Part shown: positions 13,663 through 27,805 of the stretch, piece by piece
Layout: each line of letters opens with the position of its first letter
Position numbering within the stretch: position 1 is the stretch's first letter
Assembly: GCA_013239625.1 (NCBI GenBank)
Contig: MU054037.1
Location: forward strand, 62,001-126,000
Length of the DNA stretch: 64,000 bases
DNA from: Lama guanicoe
Lineage: Eukaryota
Reading direction: 5' to 3'
Made by a program: the position numbers and the translations under genes
The notes under the pieces: generated by a model
What the model was told of the DNA's origin: nothing
The model's database searches: none
The model's input: the letters and a program-made list of their open reading frames with translations, nothing else

Positions 13663-13790
13663 CTTGACATTTTCTGGCAATGGTTTGTTCTGGACCAGCC
13701 CCAGAGCAAGCAATGCTATCACAGCGATGATAGAAGAGAAGCCAAGGATGCTCAGTATGTTTCTAGAGCAAAATCTCTTCAGTTCAGACT
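13663..13790 (-). CDS. ENTPD1: ENTPD1 exon 2 (128 nt): cytoplasmic tail with Cys13 and first transmembrane helix
   Basis: Boundaries ttggttttag|AGTCTGAA and GTCAAG|gtaact. Translation (E)[42 protein letters not shown] is the CD39 TM1 region; phase 1 to 0. Confidence 0.97.
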
Positions 13791-13840
13791 CTAAAACCAA
13801 AAGCAGAAGAGAAAATATCAACAAGAAATCAACAAACACT

Positions 13841-13999
13841 GGGGGGAGGATATAGCTCAAGCGCCAGAGCACATACTTAGCATGTACAAGGTCCTGGGTT
13901 CAGTCCCCAGTACCTCCTCTAAAAATAAATAAATAAATAAATAAACCTAATTACCTCCCCCCTCAAAAAATAAATTAAATAAATAAATTTTTTTTAAAA
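13841..13999 (+). mobile_element. tRNA-derived SINE (camelid Vic-1 type)
   Basis: A-box TAGCTCAAG, B-box-like GGTTCAGTCCC, (TAAA)n and aaacctaattacctccccc tail. 18-bp TSD at 13823-13840 and 14000-14017 with 2 mismatches. Confidence 0.88.
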
Positions 14000-15253
14000 A
14001 AGAAATCCACGAACACTGATTTTCTTCCCCTTTCTATATGCTCTGTGCTTGCTTTCCGGCGACAGCAAAGATACATAAAAGCTGATCTTTATCCATGAGG
14101 CACTGGCAAAGTAATTGGGAAGTAACTCAAGAACAAAAGGGTTTGTCTGTACTGTGATGAAAGCCAAAACTGAGTTAGTGGCTGTGGTAAGGAGAATAGG
14201 CAGAATTAGCTCAGTGATCAGATATGGGTTGAGGAGAGGGAAAAATCCCTAATTGGCAGATCATTTAATAGGTTATGTAGGTCTATCAAGATTTAAGTAA
14301 CAAGTGAAAAAAGCAAGGATAGCCCTCTTCATTTTTTAAAATCTACCAAGAAATGATTACAATATTAAAAAGTACTTGGAATACACCATCAAACATCAAA
14401 ATCCCTCTACTTCATGACACCTCCTGGTTTGACACACCCCTTGCACTTCAACCACACTTATATGTTAGGTAACTGGTAACAGCATGGAGGCTGTGGAGTT
14501 TTGAACATTTCATTATTCACATTCTCTTATCTATCCTATTTGTACCTCACAGTCATGGGACATAAAAAAGCTTCAGAAGGAGAATTCTATAAAAGGCAAA
14601 TTTCCTTTGACCAGGATAAACACAGTGTACAGCAGAGGTGAACAGGAAATGGAATGGTTGCCCCATTCTCTTCATTTGCATCCTTCCTCTCTCAGCTTCC
14701 CAAACTATCCCCAAACTTTTTTCTTAGGCTTTGGGGAAGAAGGATAGGATAGAGTAATAGAGAAGCATGTAGAAATGAGATGGATTCTCCAAAATAATTG
14801 GCACTTCTCTAAGGACAAGGCATGGGATTAAAATAGCTGAAGTAGGACCCTGAGTCCTCACCTCCTCTTTCTTGCTCAGCAGCAGCAGCTGTGCCAACAT
14901 GGGAGCACCTCCTCGAGATCATGAGCACGAGGCTAGATTTAATCCAAAGGACTGTAACTGCCTGGGTCTCCAGTCTGTGTCCACCTCTAGAATCTTGAAA
15001 TGGTTTGGACCCATCAGACCGAACAGTACAAAACTTAGGAGAAAAAGTTGTAGCAACACCATTATCTATTGCTTCCAAACAAAGAAACAAGAAATGAAAT
15101 ATACAGCATCTCCCCCATTCTCCCTTCCCAAAAGAACCTCAGTTATGTTCAGATGCCTGCAACTTCCCCAAGTAGCCCAAACAGCTCATGGGAAGGGACT
15201 GACAATTCTACATAAATCTCATTCTCTCTCCAGTGATTGGCTCAACAATGTGT

Positions 15254-17600
15254 ATAAACCTACTGTCAGCATAATACTCAAGGGTGGAAAGTTCAAAGCC
15301 TTTCTGCTAAAATCCAGAACAAGACAAGCATGCCGACTCTCAGTACTTCTATTCAACACAGTATTGGAAGTTCCAGCCATATCAATTAGACAAGAAAAAG
15401 AAATAAAAGGGATCCAAATTGGAAGAGAAGGGGTAAAACTGTCATTATATGTGGATGACATACTATATATATAGAAAACCCTAAAGGCTCCACACAAAAA
15501 CTACTAGAGCTGATAAAAGAATATGGATACAAGAATAACATACAGAAATCAGTTGCATTTCTTCACACTAACAGTGAAATATCAGAAAAGGAAAGTAAGG
15601 AAACAACCTCTTTTAAAATTGCATCCAAAAAAATAAAATACTTACGAATAAATCTGACCAAGGAAGTGAAAGACTTTTTTTTTATATATAACATTTTTTT
15701 ATTGATTTATAATCATTTTACAATGTTGTGTCAAATTCCAGTGTTCAGCACAATTTTTCAGTCATACATGGACATATACACACTCATTGTCACATTTTTT
15801 TCTCTGTGGGAAGTGACTTATACATGGAGAACTATAAAACACTAAGGAAGTTAAAGATGACTTAAAGAAATTGAAAGATATCCCATGTTCTTGGATTGAA
15901 AGAATTAATACTGTTAAAATGGCCATACTACCCAAAGCAATCTACAGATTCAATGCGATCCCTATCAAATTACCCAGGACATTTTTCACAGAACTAGAAC
16001 AAATAATCCTAAAATTTATATGTAATCACAAAAGACTCAGAATTGCCAAAGTAATACTGAAGAAAAACAATGAAGCTGAAGGAATAACCCTCCCAGACTT
16101 CAGACAATACTACAGAGCTACAGTAGTCAAAACAGGATGGTATTGGTACAAAAACAACTTATGAATCAATGGAACAGAATAGAGAGCCCAGAAATAAACT
16201 CACAAACTTTTGGTCAGTTAATCTTTGACAAAAGAGGCAAGAACATACAATGGAATAAAGACAGTCTCTTCAGCAAATGGTGTTGGGAAAACTGGACAGC
16301 TGCATGTAAATCAATGAAGTTAGAATACTCCTTCACACCATACATGAAAATAAACTCAAAATGGCTTACAGACTTAAACATAAGACAAGACACTATAAAC
16401 CTCTTAGAAGAAAATATGGGCAAAACATTATCTGACATAAGTCTCACCAATGTTCTCCTAGGGCAATCTACTCAGGCAATAGAAATAAAAACAAAAATAA
16501 ACAAATGGGACCTAATTAAACTTATAAGCTTTTACACAGCAAAGGAAACCATAAGCAAAACAAAAAGATAATCTACAAAATGGGAGAAAATATTTGCAAA
16601 AGATGAGACTGACAAGGGCTTAATTTCCAGAATCTTTTAACAGCTGATATAAACTTAATAATGAAAAAACAAACAACCCAATTCAAAAATGGGCAGAAGA
16701 CCTAAACAAGCAATTCTACAATGAAGACATACAAATGGCCAATTGGCCCATTAAAAGATGTTCAATATTGCTAATTATCAGAGAAATGCAAATCAAAACT
16801 ACAATAAGGTATCACCTCACACTAGTCAGAATGGCCATCATTAAAAAGTCCACAAATGATAAGTGCTGGAGGGGGCTGGAAAAAAGGGAACCCTCCTACA
16901 TTGTTGGTGGGAATGTAATTTGGTACAGCCATTATGGAAAACAGTATGAAGACTGACTAAAAACAAACTTACCATATGATCTAGCAATCCCATTCCTGGG
17001 CATATATCCAGAGGGAACCTTAATTTGACAAGATACATGCACCCCAATGTTCATAGCAGCACTATTTACAATAGCCAAGACATGGAAACAACCTAAATGT
17101 CCATCAACAAACGACTAGATAAAGAAGTTGTGGTATATTTATACAATGGAATACTACTCAGCCATAAAAAAGAATAAAATAATGCCATTTGGAGCAACAT
17201 GGATGGACCTGGAGACTGTTATTCTAAGTGAAGTAAGCCAGAAAGAGAAAGAAAAGTGCCATATATCACTTATATGTGGAATCTTTAAAAAAAGATGAAC
17301 TTATTTATAAAACAGAAATAGACTCATAGACATAGAAAACAAACTTATGGTTACTGGGAGGGAAAAGGGTGGGAAGGGATAAATTAAGAGTTTGAGATTT
17401 GTAGATACTAACTAGTACATATAAAATAGATAAGCAATGAGTTCATACTGTATAGCACAGGGAATTATATTCAATATCTTATAGTAACTTACGGTGAAAA
17501 AGAATATGAAAAGGGGTATGTTATGTTCGTGTACGACTGAAGCATTATGCTGTACACCAGGAATTGACAGAACATTGTAAACTGACTATGCTTCAATAAT
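15254..17600 (+). mobile_element. 5'-truncated L1 (ORF2 RT and C-terminal part, 3'UTR), disrupted
   Basis: ORF track gives L1 ORF2 peptides [10 protein letters not shown]..., [11 protein letters not shown]...[12 protein letters not shown] and SLFSKWCWENW. Confidence 0.97.
15677..15808 (-). mobile_element. Young L1 3' end nested antisense in the older L1
   Basis: Poly(T) plus the young L1 tail, flanked by ggaagtgaaagactt and ggaagtgactt. Confidence 0.9.
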
Positions 17601-20135
17601 ATATGTATGTGTGCGCACACATACATATACACAGAAAAAAATGGGTATATACCCCAACATGGCTCATGAACCCTGGGAGGAAGTCTGTTGGGGCAAGTCT
17701 AGGAAAAGAAAGGAAGCACCCTCTCTTCTTCCTCAGACATTTTCCATCCTGGATGGGATGCCATCCAATGATGGCAGAGCAGAGAGATGAAGAGAACTTG
17801 AGTTCTTGAAGGCATTTTGAGCTGCTAAAACAAATAAGCCTGATACCCTCCCATGAGACATGCTTTAATCAAATTGGAGTCAGCACTTAAATACCTTAAA
17901 GCCAAAACGTCCTAGTACAACTGTGTGGCAGAAATGTCCTTTTTGCTGCCAGGGCTCTGGAATCTGGAAATGAGCCCCCTAAGTACTACCTACCTCAGTT
18001 CCTAAAGCTGTGATATTGACAAACACAGCTTACAACAAGCATGTGTTTAAATGAAAATTTACAAATCTAATACCCAAGGCTCACACGCGGCAGCAACATT
18101 TCTACTATAATAGAATTTTGAATGCTTTACTCTCTTGAAGTGGTCAAAAAATCTACCTATTTACTTCTTTCCTTTCTGTAAGTATGATAATTTTGATTAT
18201 CTCATTTTCCTTCCATCCATTTGGGAGCTAATCTTAGTGTCCAGTGAAAATGACTGGCAAGCTCCCTGCTCTTGGAGTTCACATCTATTTGGGGAGATAG
18301 ATAAATCAGAAAAGAAGTATGCAAGTAAGTGACTTCAGATCATGATAAGTGCTGAGGAGAAATTAAAACCAAGAAATGTTATAGAGTGATTTGCAGCAGA
18401 GCTGGGGTGGGTAGATTAGACTGAGGGTCAGGAAAGGCTCTCTGAGAAGGTGATGTTTGAATCTAGACCTGGATGATGAGAAAACACCAGCTATGAGAAG
18501 GAGAAAGAACATTCCAGTAAGAGGGAGCAGCAACTGCAAAAGCCCTGAGGTGGAAACAGCTTTATGTGACTCCAACTGTTTCTTCCTTTTCCTAATGAGA
18601 ATATTTACTATCTCATTATTATCACTGAACAGTTGAAAGTATACTTTTCCACACTTACCCAGCTTTTGCAATAATATCCATATTATTAGAATATAGTCAA
18701 GCCTTTCATCATATTCATCTTATTAAAGACGATAAGAAAAAGAACTTGGGAAGTTTAGGAATTTTTCATACACAATTTTCAAAAACTGTATTATCAAAAA
18801 ATAATGGCTAAGTTTGTTTTTCGTGTGACCCAATAGATTACCCAGAGAGGAATAAGTAAAAAACTATGTTTACTATAAAACGTGGCAGGTAGTTTCCAAA
18901 AGCCCTTATCACATGGAGGAAGCCAGGCTCTTCTTAGGAGGTGGTATCAGACATGGGGGTCCAGGTGGACTTATCCAGGACATACTCATAAAGAGGGAAC
19001 CACTTTAGTAACTGCCCCAGAGCTCTTTCAGGTGATGTAACTGCTCCAGTCAAGTTTTGTTATGGAAAATTCACAATGACTGTCTTCCACCTGAAAAGCC
19101 CTTTGTTTTCCTTGAGGATAACAAAAACATGGTTTGTTTGTATGATACAATGTGAAATCGTACTTCAAAAAACAATTTTAAGAAATATGTTTACCAAAAA
19201 AACCCTAATGGCAAAGTGTTGTGCTTGTTTTTAATTGTCTCCCTATCCTGAAGAATTTAATACTGTCACTTCCCTCCCATTCTTCTCCTTCCTTATGACA
19301 AATGTGAAAGCTTTTCTGTTTAACATGAGAGCCAGGTAGGAATGTCAGCTCTTCTCTTCCAAGAGAGACAAACCTGAAGGAAACTCAGGCTTTGAGAAAA
19401 CACGTACTGATTTGAAGCCAATTAACTACGGCAGAGGCAAGAAAAGCTGATTTTTTTTCATTCTTAAAGAAACAGCCATCACGATATCCAGTTAGCATCC
19501 TGTTGAAGATTAAAATTATATAATTTGTCCTTAGTCAAAATTCTGCTATACAGAGAAATCACAGCATCTCTATGTGATGATATCAAAGATGTATTATCTT
19601 AAAATCTTATTCCATTAGTAAAAAGATCTGGTGTATTGGCAGATGTGGGTTTCAGGTAAAAGCAACAAAAGTTGTGCCCTGCACTCACTAGATTCAAATT
19701 GTTCACAATTTTTCTGATGGGTCACATCTGGACCAAGCTTGGCTTGTCATATAGAGAAGAAAACAACAAATACCGACAAGCACTAGAGAGTATAAACATC
19801 AGTGAAGTGCTGTGGGCCTTCCTGTGTTTACACAGCACAGCGATGGAACAATCACTAAAGCTCAGGGGACTGGTCCTAATCTGGCTCTGCCATTTCCCCA
19901 ACTGCCAGAGTCTCTGACCTATCTCTGCTATCTTCCTTCCTCTCCATCAGGGAGTTCTTCTCGGTGACACATATTTAGATCGTTCTCACACTCACTGGAT
20001 TTAAGATCCTTTCTCAGGTGCTTCATTCCAGACCCCTTAGACCCAACCTCTTGTATGGTGATATCCACCTCCTTGTTCCAGTCACCCCCACCTCTTCTAC
20101 AATTGCCTTTCTGGTATCTCCCCACCCTAATTCCC

Positions 20136-20291
20136 TTTTTTTCTTTAACTTTTTAAAACTTTTTAAATTTTATTGCAGGGGGGGAGGTAATTAGGTTTTT
20201 ATTTTTTAATGGAGGTACTGGGGATTGAACGCAGAACCCTGTGCATGCTAAGCACACACTCTACCACTAACACTAAGCTATACTCACCCCG
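20136..20291 (-). mobile_element. Vic-1-type SINE
   Basis: Reverse-complement homology to the 13841 SINE; TSD aattcccttt. Confidence 0.85.
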
Positions 20292-22046
20292 TCAATTCCC
20301 TTTCCTATCAGGATCCATCCTTCATGTGGCTGCAGAATTCCTCCATAACTGACATTCCCAGGGCTCTTCTTGATTAAGAATTTGAGGTAGCTTCCTTCTG
20401 CTTCCCAGATGAAAGCCTCACTAGTTTACCTGGACCTCTCAGCCCTTCAGAAATTTAAGCTCTTCCCATCTCACCATTCCGATAAACACATGTGTGTGTC
20501 CAAGATCATAATGTCTGACATTATGACCACAAGACTCTAAGTTCCTTAAGCGCAAGGACTTTTTTTCTGGCTTCTTCACTGCTATATTTCCAGTTGAATG
20601 AATAAATGAATTTTGGATTCTGACATTTTTCAACATGAGATTTCCCTCAGTTGGAATCCTATTCCCCTTTTCCTCCACTGAATCTTTTTTCTTGTCTCCT
20701 TCAAAATCAAGCTCAATAGGAGGCTGTGTTCCCCACCATATGCTTCGAAGTGCAATTGTTCCATTGGTCCTGTCTTCAAGTGCTACCTCTAGATATTTAA
20801 TGGGTTGACCTATTTCAGTTTGGGAGCTCTATAGTTGTTGTTACTTCATTCAGTCTTTCAATCAGTCAGTCAACAATTATTTATTGAATGCATTATACTA
20901 TTCACTAGACTTGTCCTAGGCTCTGAGCTACAGCAGTGAACACAACAGATAAATGTCCCCATCCTCAGAGTACTTATATTCTAGTTTGAAAGAAAAAACA
21001 ATAAACAAATAGATAAGTACAGTTTATAGTATGTTACATAATTATAAACGCTGAGGAGAGGAAAAAAGCAGGAAAGGAGAAGAGGAAGGATGTGGTGATT
21101 AGGAAAGACCTCTCTGAGATGGTGATATTAAGAGTCAAGGGATTAAGGAGAAAGCATGCATATCTCTTGGGCAAGAACATTTATGACAACTGGAACTGCA
21201 TGTGCAAAGGCCCTGGGGTGGAACAGTGTCTGGCCATGAAGCCAGTGTGGCTGGAAGAGTGATGAGGAGAAAAATAGTAACAGATGGTTGGGGGGATGGT
21301 CACTGGGTGCCTTGCTTATAGGACCTTGCAGGTTCTTGTAGGGGCTTTGCCTTACTCTTAGTGATCTGACTTATTTCTAATCATGTGTATAATTTATACT
21401 CAGCACCATAGAAGTAAACAAGGAGCCACCAGGGACCTTTGAAGTCCCTAGAGAGAGGGGGTGTGGCCTTTTAAGCTACACACCCCTGCCTCTTGAGATG
21501 TGGTGCTGAAGCACCCCAATGAAGTCAGGTCATAGGACAACCACACAGCCAAGTATGGACAGAGCCTGGTAATTGTAGGAGTAGAGTTTGTGCCAAGACC
21601 AGGGCTACGAATATGCATCCAGGAGAAGTAAACACCATATCATGGTAGGTCTTCCCTATACCTTCTAGTCTTCTTGGTGGCTCAGGACTGGTGAATCTTT
21701 GCTGAGAGAGCATGATCATGAAGGGTCGGCAAGCCAACAATCACCAGGAGCCATCAGTAGAAAGTCAAATTTCAGAGACTTCAAAGGGGTGGCTCAAGCT
21801 AGAACAGAGTCCAGACAAGCTCACCTTTGCTCAGTCTCTCTAAGCCTCCAATTCCTTGTGTGCAAATGGGAGTCATAACAGTACCAACTTCATAGGGTTG
21901 CTAGGTTAAGAGTCAATGAGCTAACAATACATAGCAACCTACAAAAGAGCCCTCGCTGTATTCCAGATTCTGTCCTCAGCACTTTTAATGTAGCAACTAA
22001 TCTAACCTTCACAACACTCCTGTGAGTCAGTATGATTATTATCATT

Positions 22047-22427
22047 TGTATCAGTTTCCTGAAGCTGCCATAACAAACTACCACAAACTTGTCCACTTAA
22101 AACAATACAAATATATTCTCTTACAATTCTGGAGGCCAGAAGTCCAGAATAAGGTGCCAACAGGGCCAAAGGCTCTGGAGGAGATTCTTTTCTTTCCTTG
22201 TCCAGTTTCTGGTGGCCCCTGGCATTCTTTGGCTTAGGGCTGCATCACTCCAACATCTACCTCTGTCTCCACATGGCCTTTTCCCCTGTGTCTGTCGAAT
22301 TTCCCTCTCCTTTCTCTAATGAGGACAATAGTAATTGAATTTAGGGCCCACCCTAAATCCAGAATGATCTTAAGATCCTTAATTACATCTGAAAAGACTC
22401 TTTCTAAATAAAGCCACAATTACAGGT
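22047..22427 (-). mobile_element. MLT1 (MaLR) LTR
   Basis: Hallmark tgtatcagtttcct...gctgccataacaaactaccacaaact...ttctggaggccagaagtc. Confidence 0.85.
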
Positions 22428-24329
22428 ACTATTATTAACTTCATTATTGTCAGATGAGGAATCTGAGTCATAGAGAGGTTAAGTAGATTGCCCAAAGTTA
22501 CACTAATGTAAATGTTGGGACCAGAAATTAAACTTAGACATTCTGGGTCCAGAGGCCAGCCTTATAGCCACCACCCTACCCTACGCCACATGACTGAGGC
22601 TTAGTACTGTGCCTGGTGCGTGGTACTAGTGCTGTGTGTGGGAGCCTACTTCACCCAGAAGTGAAAAGTGACTGACTCAGAGGATTTGGCTGGAGGGGTT
22701 ATCTGAACTGTTGTCACCAATGACACCAGACAATGTTATACTCTTTAAAATATGGAGGCTTTCAGTCTCTGATGGTCAGAAGCTAGCAGCTAAGAGACAG
22801 AGGCTGGGTTTGTGGTTCTCAGTGAAGCTGAGGGACTCGCTCAAAGTTATAAAGCTTGCAAGCAGCAGAGCAGCTACTGGATCCAAGCCTCTCAACTCCA
22901 CTCCACTGCCTCAACCACTGCCCTGCGTTAGAGGCGCATAGAAACTACTCACCTAAAGTTCTATCAGACAGAAAGATCTTATTCTATTTCACATCCCTCT
23001 CCATATTTTCCTAATTAAATCCAGAGTCAAGTTTGAAGATAAAGCAGTTTAATTTGGTGGGGGTTTTCCTGCCTGTTTTTAAATCAAGGAAGTCAGTACA
23101 ATGTCAATAAATACATTAATGCTAAAAATGTACTTCAAGGCCTCAACGATGACCAGTTAGTTAAAGGGTGAAAGGTAAAGGACAGGGAGGGAAAACAAGA
23201 TGGACATGGGCTTAGGAAACACAGGCAAGAAGACAGAACCAGAGAATAAGAGGAGAAGGGAGAGGTGGGGGTGGGAATGGAAAGAGAGGTAGAGAGACAG
23301 GTTATTGAGTAAATAATCACGTCCTGTTCCACTGATCTCTTGAGCCACAGACTTCAGAGAAAGTTACCTGCTTTTATTTATAATCTTTTGTTTCTACTCT
23401 TTGAAGTGTTAATTAGCTGGTTAGTCTCAGTTCACAGTTCTTTAGTTAGAAAAGGAGTGCATTCATCTGAACAGAGTAGTCTGGGTGATCCTGAGTGGAT
23501 CCACCAAAGGCTCAGCTTTGGATAGGAAGAGCAGTGGAACCGGGGTAGGGGTGCAGAACAAGGTCTTCCTGCAAATCAGACTCTGTCAACCCCATGCCCT
23601 TCACCCCACCTTTCTTCTTACTGTGGGCTGTACTCCTCCCAGATTAGCAGCAAGTAACTGAAGTTGCACTGGTGTGCCTGACTTCAAAAAATGTTAATGA
23701 TTGCAAAAATCAAATGCCAGCAGGGGATCTGGGTGTGGGAAATAAGGAAGCAAAGGAATCCCCTTCCCTATCTCTCCTTCTCCTCACTTCCTCCCACCAT
23801 ACCATCTACCTCCTCACCCACACCCCTTCCTGCCTTTTCTAAATTCTTTCTCCCATAGACTGCATGGGGCACAATAGGTCTTTATGGTCATTGTGGACTC
23901 CTATATTCAAGTACAGGGTTGGCAAGTAGGAGGGTTGTTTCTGGCAGAGTGATATCATTGAGAACACAAACAGGAATTCCCTGTGTCCCAGGCAACAAGC
24001 ATAACAATCTTGTACATTAATAGTCTTTGCAATAAACACGTTGCTTCCACTACACAAATCCTCTTCCACATCTGAAACTGAAGAATTGTGCCCTGAGGAC
24101 TCGACCCTTTCTCAAATCAACTGCATTTGTCAGCAAGCCCTGGTTATGTGTTGCCACTGAGAAAGTCTCAGCAAGTCTGTGCTGGCTATGTACCACCAGC
24201 ATGGAGTCAAAGCGGGGTGAGGTGAGCTGAGTCAGCCAGGTTGCCTGGCCGTACAGCCCCCTGTCTTTTACACCTTACATTTGTGTAAGTTCTCTTATTT
24301 CTACCTCCTCATTTTTGTACCTATCAGAA

Positions 24330-25700
24330 GCAAAATAAGAATATTTCTACAGCAAAATATACCATAAACAAAGTAAAAAAATGACAAGACTGAGGAAACT
24401 ATTTGCAACAACTATGAAACAGTTGGTTTCCTTAATAGAGTCATTAAAATCATTAAAAAAAAAAAAAGCTCAACCCACCTAGTAGAAAAATGGGCAAAAA
24501 ACATGAATAGTCAATTTAAATAAAAAGAAATACATATTCTCAACATTTTAGATGCATTCTAATTACCCTACTTAAAGAAATGTAGTAAATAAAAAATGAG
24601 ATACCTTTTACCACTTCTCAGAATAGCAAAGTTTTTCTAAAGTTTGATAAATGTGTAATATCATTACACACTCATTAGTATGGAAAAAAAATACTGATAA
24701 TACCAAATGTTGGCAAGTTTGCAGAGCAACTGGAACTCTCATTCACTGCTGCTAGAGATGCAAAATGGCACAGCCACTTTGGAAAGAGTTTGGCAGTTTC
24801 TTATGAAGTTAAACATCTACTTACCATATGACCAGGCAATCCTACTCTCTGGTATTTACCTCAAAAGAGTGAAGACGTATGATCTACACAAAAACCTGTA
24901 CCTAAATATTTCTAACAGCTTTATTCACCAAAAACTCAAAACAATCACAATGCAGTCAGCTAGTGAATGTACCTAAATTGTAATACAGCAAAATTGTATT
25001 CAGCAACAAAAATGGTATAAACTACTCATAAACGCAACACATGGATGAATCTCAAAAGCACTAGGCTAAATGAAACAGCCCAGACTCAAAAGGCTATGTA
25101 TGATCTCATTTACATTATATTCTGGAAAAGGCAAAACTAAGGGCATAAATTAGTAGACAGAGGATTGACTACAAAGGTCCACAAGGGAACTTTCTGAGGT
25201 GATAGAAATATTCTGTATCTTGATTGTGGTGGTAGTTAGATTACTACATACACTCGTTAAAATTCACAGAACTCTACATCTAAAAAGGGTGAACTTTACT
25301 GAAAATTCAACAAAGAAATTACATACATATCAACACAAATGTGGGAAACAGGCACTGCTTGCATGTTGATGGGAGTAAAACTCCATACAACTTCTCTGAT
25401 GGGGACAATGTGGCAATATCTATGAAAGAGCAAAGTATACATATCCTTTGACTCAAGAGCTCTACTTCTAGAAATTTGACCTGCTGATAATACTTATGAA
25501 TATATGAAAAAATGCATGTATAGGGAGGTTCAATGCGCATTATTTGTAATAGCAATATGAAAATTTTCACTAACGGTCCATTAATTGAGATCTGGATATA
25601 TAACTTCTAGTACAGTTATACATAATACTACACAGACATGAAAAAGATTGAGATCTATGAATGTTGATGCAAACTGTCCTCAAAACATTTTACACTGTGA
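24330..25700 (+). mobile_element. Old L1M 3' fragments
   Basis: Degenerate ORF2 C-terminus and 3'UTR (gcaactggaactctcattcactgctg..., ORF 24707..24976). Confidence 0.8.
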
Positions 25701-25723
25701 AAGTAAGATTGGAACAATGTGAA

Positions 25724-25839
25724 ACAACAACATAACGCCATTTGCAGCAACGTGGATGTCCCTGGAGAATGTCATTCTAAGTGAAGTAAGCCAGAAAGAG
25801 AAAGAAAAATACCATATGAGATCACTCATACGTGGAATC

Positions 25840-25876
<37 letters not shown>

Positions 25877-26203
25877 AAAACAGAAACAGACTCATAGACA
25901 GAATACAAACTTGTTGTTGCCAAGGGGAAGGAGGGTGGGAAGGGACAGACTGGGATTTCAAAATTTGTAGATACTGACAGGCATAGGCAGAATAGATAAA
26001 CAAGATTATACCGTATAGCACAGGGAAATATATACAAGATCTTGTGGTGGCTCACAGCGAAAAAAAATGTGATAATGAATATATGTATGTTCATGTATAA
26101 CTGAAAAATTGTGCTCTACACTGGAATTTGACACAACATTGTAAAATGACTATAGCTCAATAAAAAGTGTTATAAATAAATAAATAAAAGCAAACATAAA
26201 AAA
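25724..26203 (+). mobile_element. Young L1 3' end with (TAAA)n tracts
   Basis: ORF2 terminus, 3'UTR, AATAAA and A-rich tail; degenerate TSD (gattggaacaatgtgaa / gagtggagcagtgtgaa). Confidence 0.92.
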
Positions 26204-26274
26204 ATAGAGTGGAGCAGTGTGAACAGTATGTTCCTACTGGGTAAAGGTATGGGCATCTCTGGAAGGTCATAAAT

Positions 26275-26800
26275 TCATAAGGAGGCCTCACAGGACCCAG
26301 CATATAGTCATACTCATGGCTAAGATTTATCACAGATTTATTACAGTGAAAGAATATGAAGCAAAATCAGCAGAGAGAAAAGAAGTATAAGCCAAAGTCT
26401 GGGGGAAACCAGGAGCAAGCTTCCAAGGGTCTTCTCCCAGTGAAGATCAAAGGACACATTTCATTCCCCAGCAATGAACTGCGACAACACATGTGAAATA
26501 TTGAGTACCAGGGAAGCTCACCAGGAACCGAGAGCACAGGGCTTCACTGGGAGCCAGTTACAAAGGCATCGACCATCCAGCGTACGTCAATATTTCAGAC
26601 TTCCGAAAGGAAAGCAGACGCCCAGCACAAACCACACTACCTGCACAAACACTCCAGGCACAGCAAGCCACTCCCTGAATTCTCAGAATGATGAGAACCC
26701 TCTCAAAATCCAAGCCCCCAGACAACAGCCAAGGGTCAACCTTGCAGGCAGGTCCCCCCAAGGACTGAGTCTCAGGCCTGCATGTCAGTGCCCCTCTGCA
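26275..26800. mobile_element. MER21-like ERVL LTR
   Basis: cacaggacccagcatatagtcatactcatggctaagattta...gcaagcttccaag matches the recalled MER21 pattern. Confidence 0.7.
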
Positions 26801-27805
26801 CTGAGCGATTCTTGAAATATTTTACCATGAGACCCTCCTTACTCCTTCCCTCCTTTCCCCTCCTTCCTCTCCCGCTTCCCTCCATAATTCTCTGAGCAAT
26901 TAAGAGTTCTTCATAAAAATTTCCACAAATCCAAAGGCTTTGAGTTGATGAGAAAGAATTTACAGAGGATATCGCATTTGGACTAAAGCTAGGAGCCTGG
27001 AAGGTGGGCACCGGGTAAATGGGAAGAGGTGTGCTGGTGGTTTGATGCTGACTTTGCTGACTCTCTGCCCACTCTCCCACCTTGCCGGCCACTCACAAAC
27101 CTGATAATCCAAGCAGCCATCCCTGGGTCCCCACTCATTCATTCTCCCCAGATAAATGTCAACTCTTTTGTATTCTTTAGTGCAGAATCATCAGCTCTTT
27201 CTTGGCCAGGCTTTGAGCAGATTAAAGGGTTTATTTTGAGGGAAATTTGGCACCTCCCCTCAGGCACCTCTGCTATTTTATGTCAAGACAAGAGGAAAGA
27301 GCTTTCTGGATGAGATGTGATCAAGTTTCTAAATGTTCATAGTAACTCAGTCACAGATCACCTGGTATCTAACCAGCTAGCTCTCTCTCTTCAACCATCA
27401 ATACAGAGTATCTGCAATTTAGATACTTATGTGAGAACTCAATCTTACATTGATTAGTATCTGGTTCCTGTGAATGATATGACAGATACAACTGATATTT
27501 GGGAGGGGCAATCTGAGAGTACCCTAGATTTTTTTTAAAACATGTTTTCTGTACTCATTTAGTGAGGTGGAAGGCAGGAGGGACCTTTAACAAGAAAGGT
27601 CCCTGGATCTTGGAGAAAAGAATGTCCTCCTAGGGCAAAACTATTAAGACCACCCCATGCCAGATGAGAGAAACTTGTACCAAAATTGCCCACACTTTAA
27701 AAAAAAAAAAAGTGTTCAGTCTTGTGACTTGAGTATTTCCTCAAATCCAGAATGCAACTAAGAAAGTGGGGTCCTACTCAATTTCATATCCTGAATGAAG
27801 AAAGA

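Noticed and set aside
13841..13915. tRNA-like A/B boxes (also at about 20215-20291, 36560-36634 and 62380-62453)
   Set aside because: These are SINE heads with AT-rich tails and TSDs, not tRNA genes.
14872..15474. 200-aa plus-strand ORF, the longest in the track
   Set aside because: The C-terminal part is L1 ORF2 ([10 protein letters not shown]...LSLYVDD) fused by chance to flanking sequence; not a gene.
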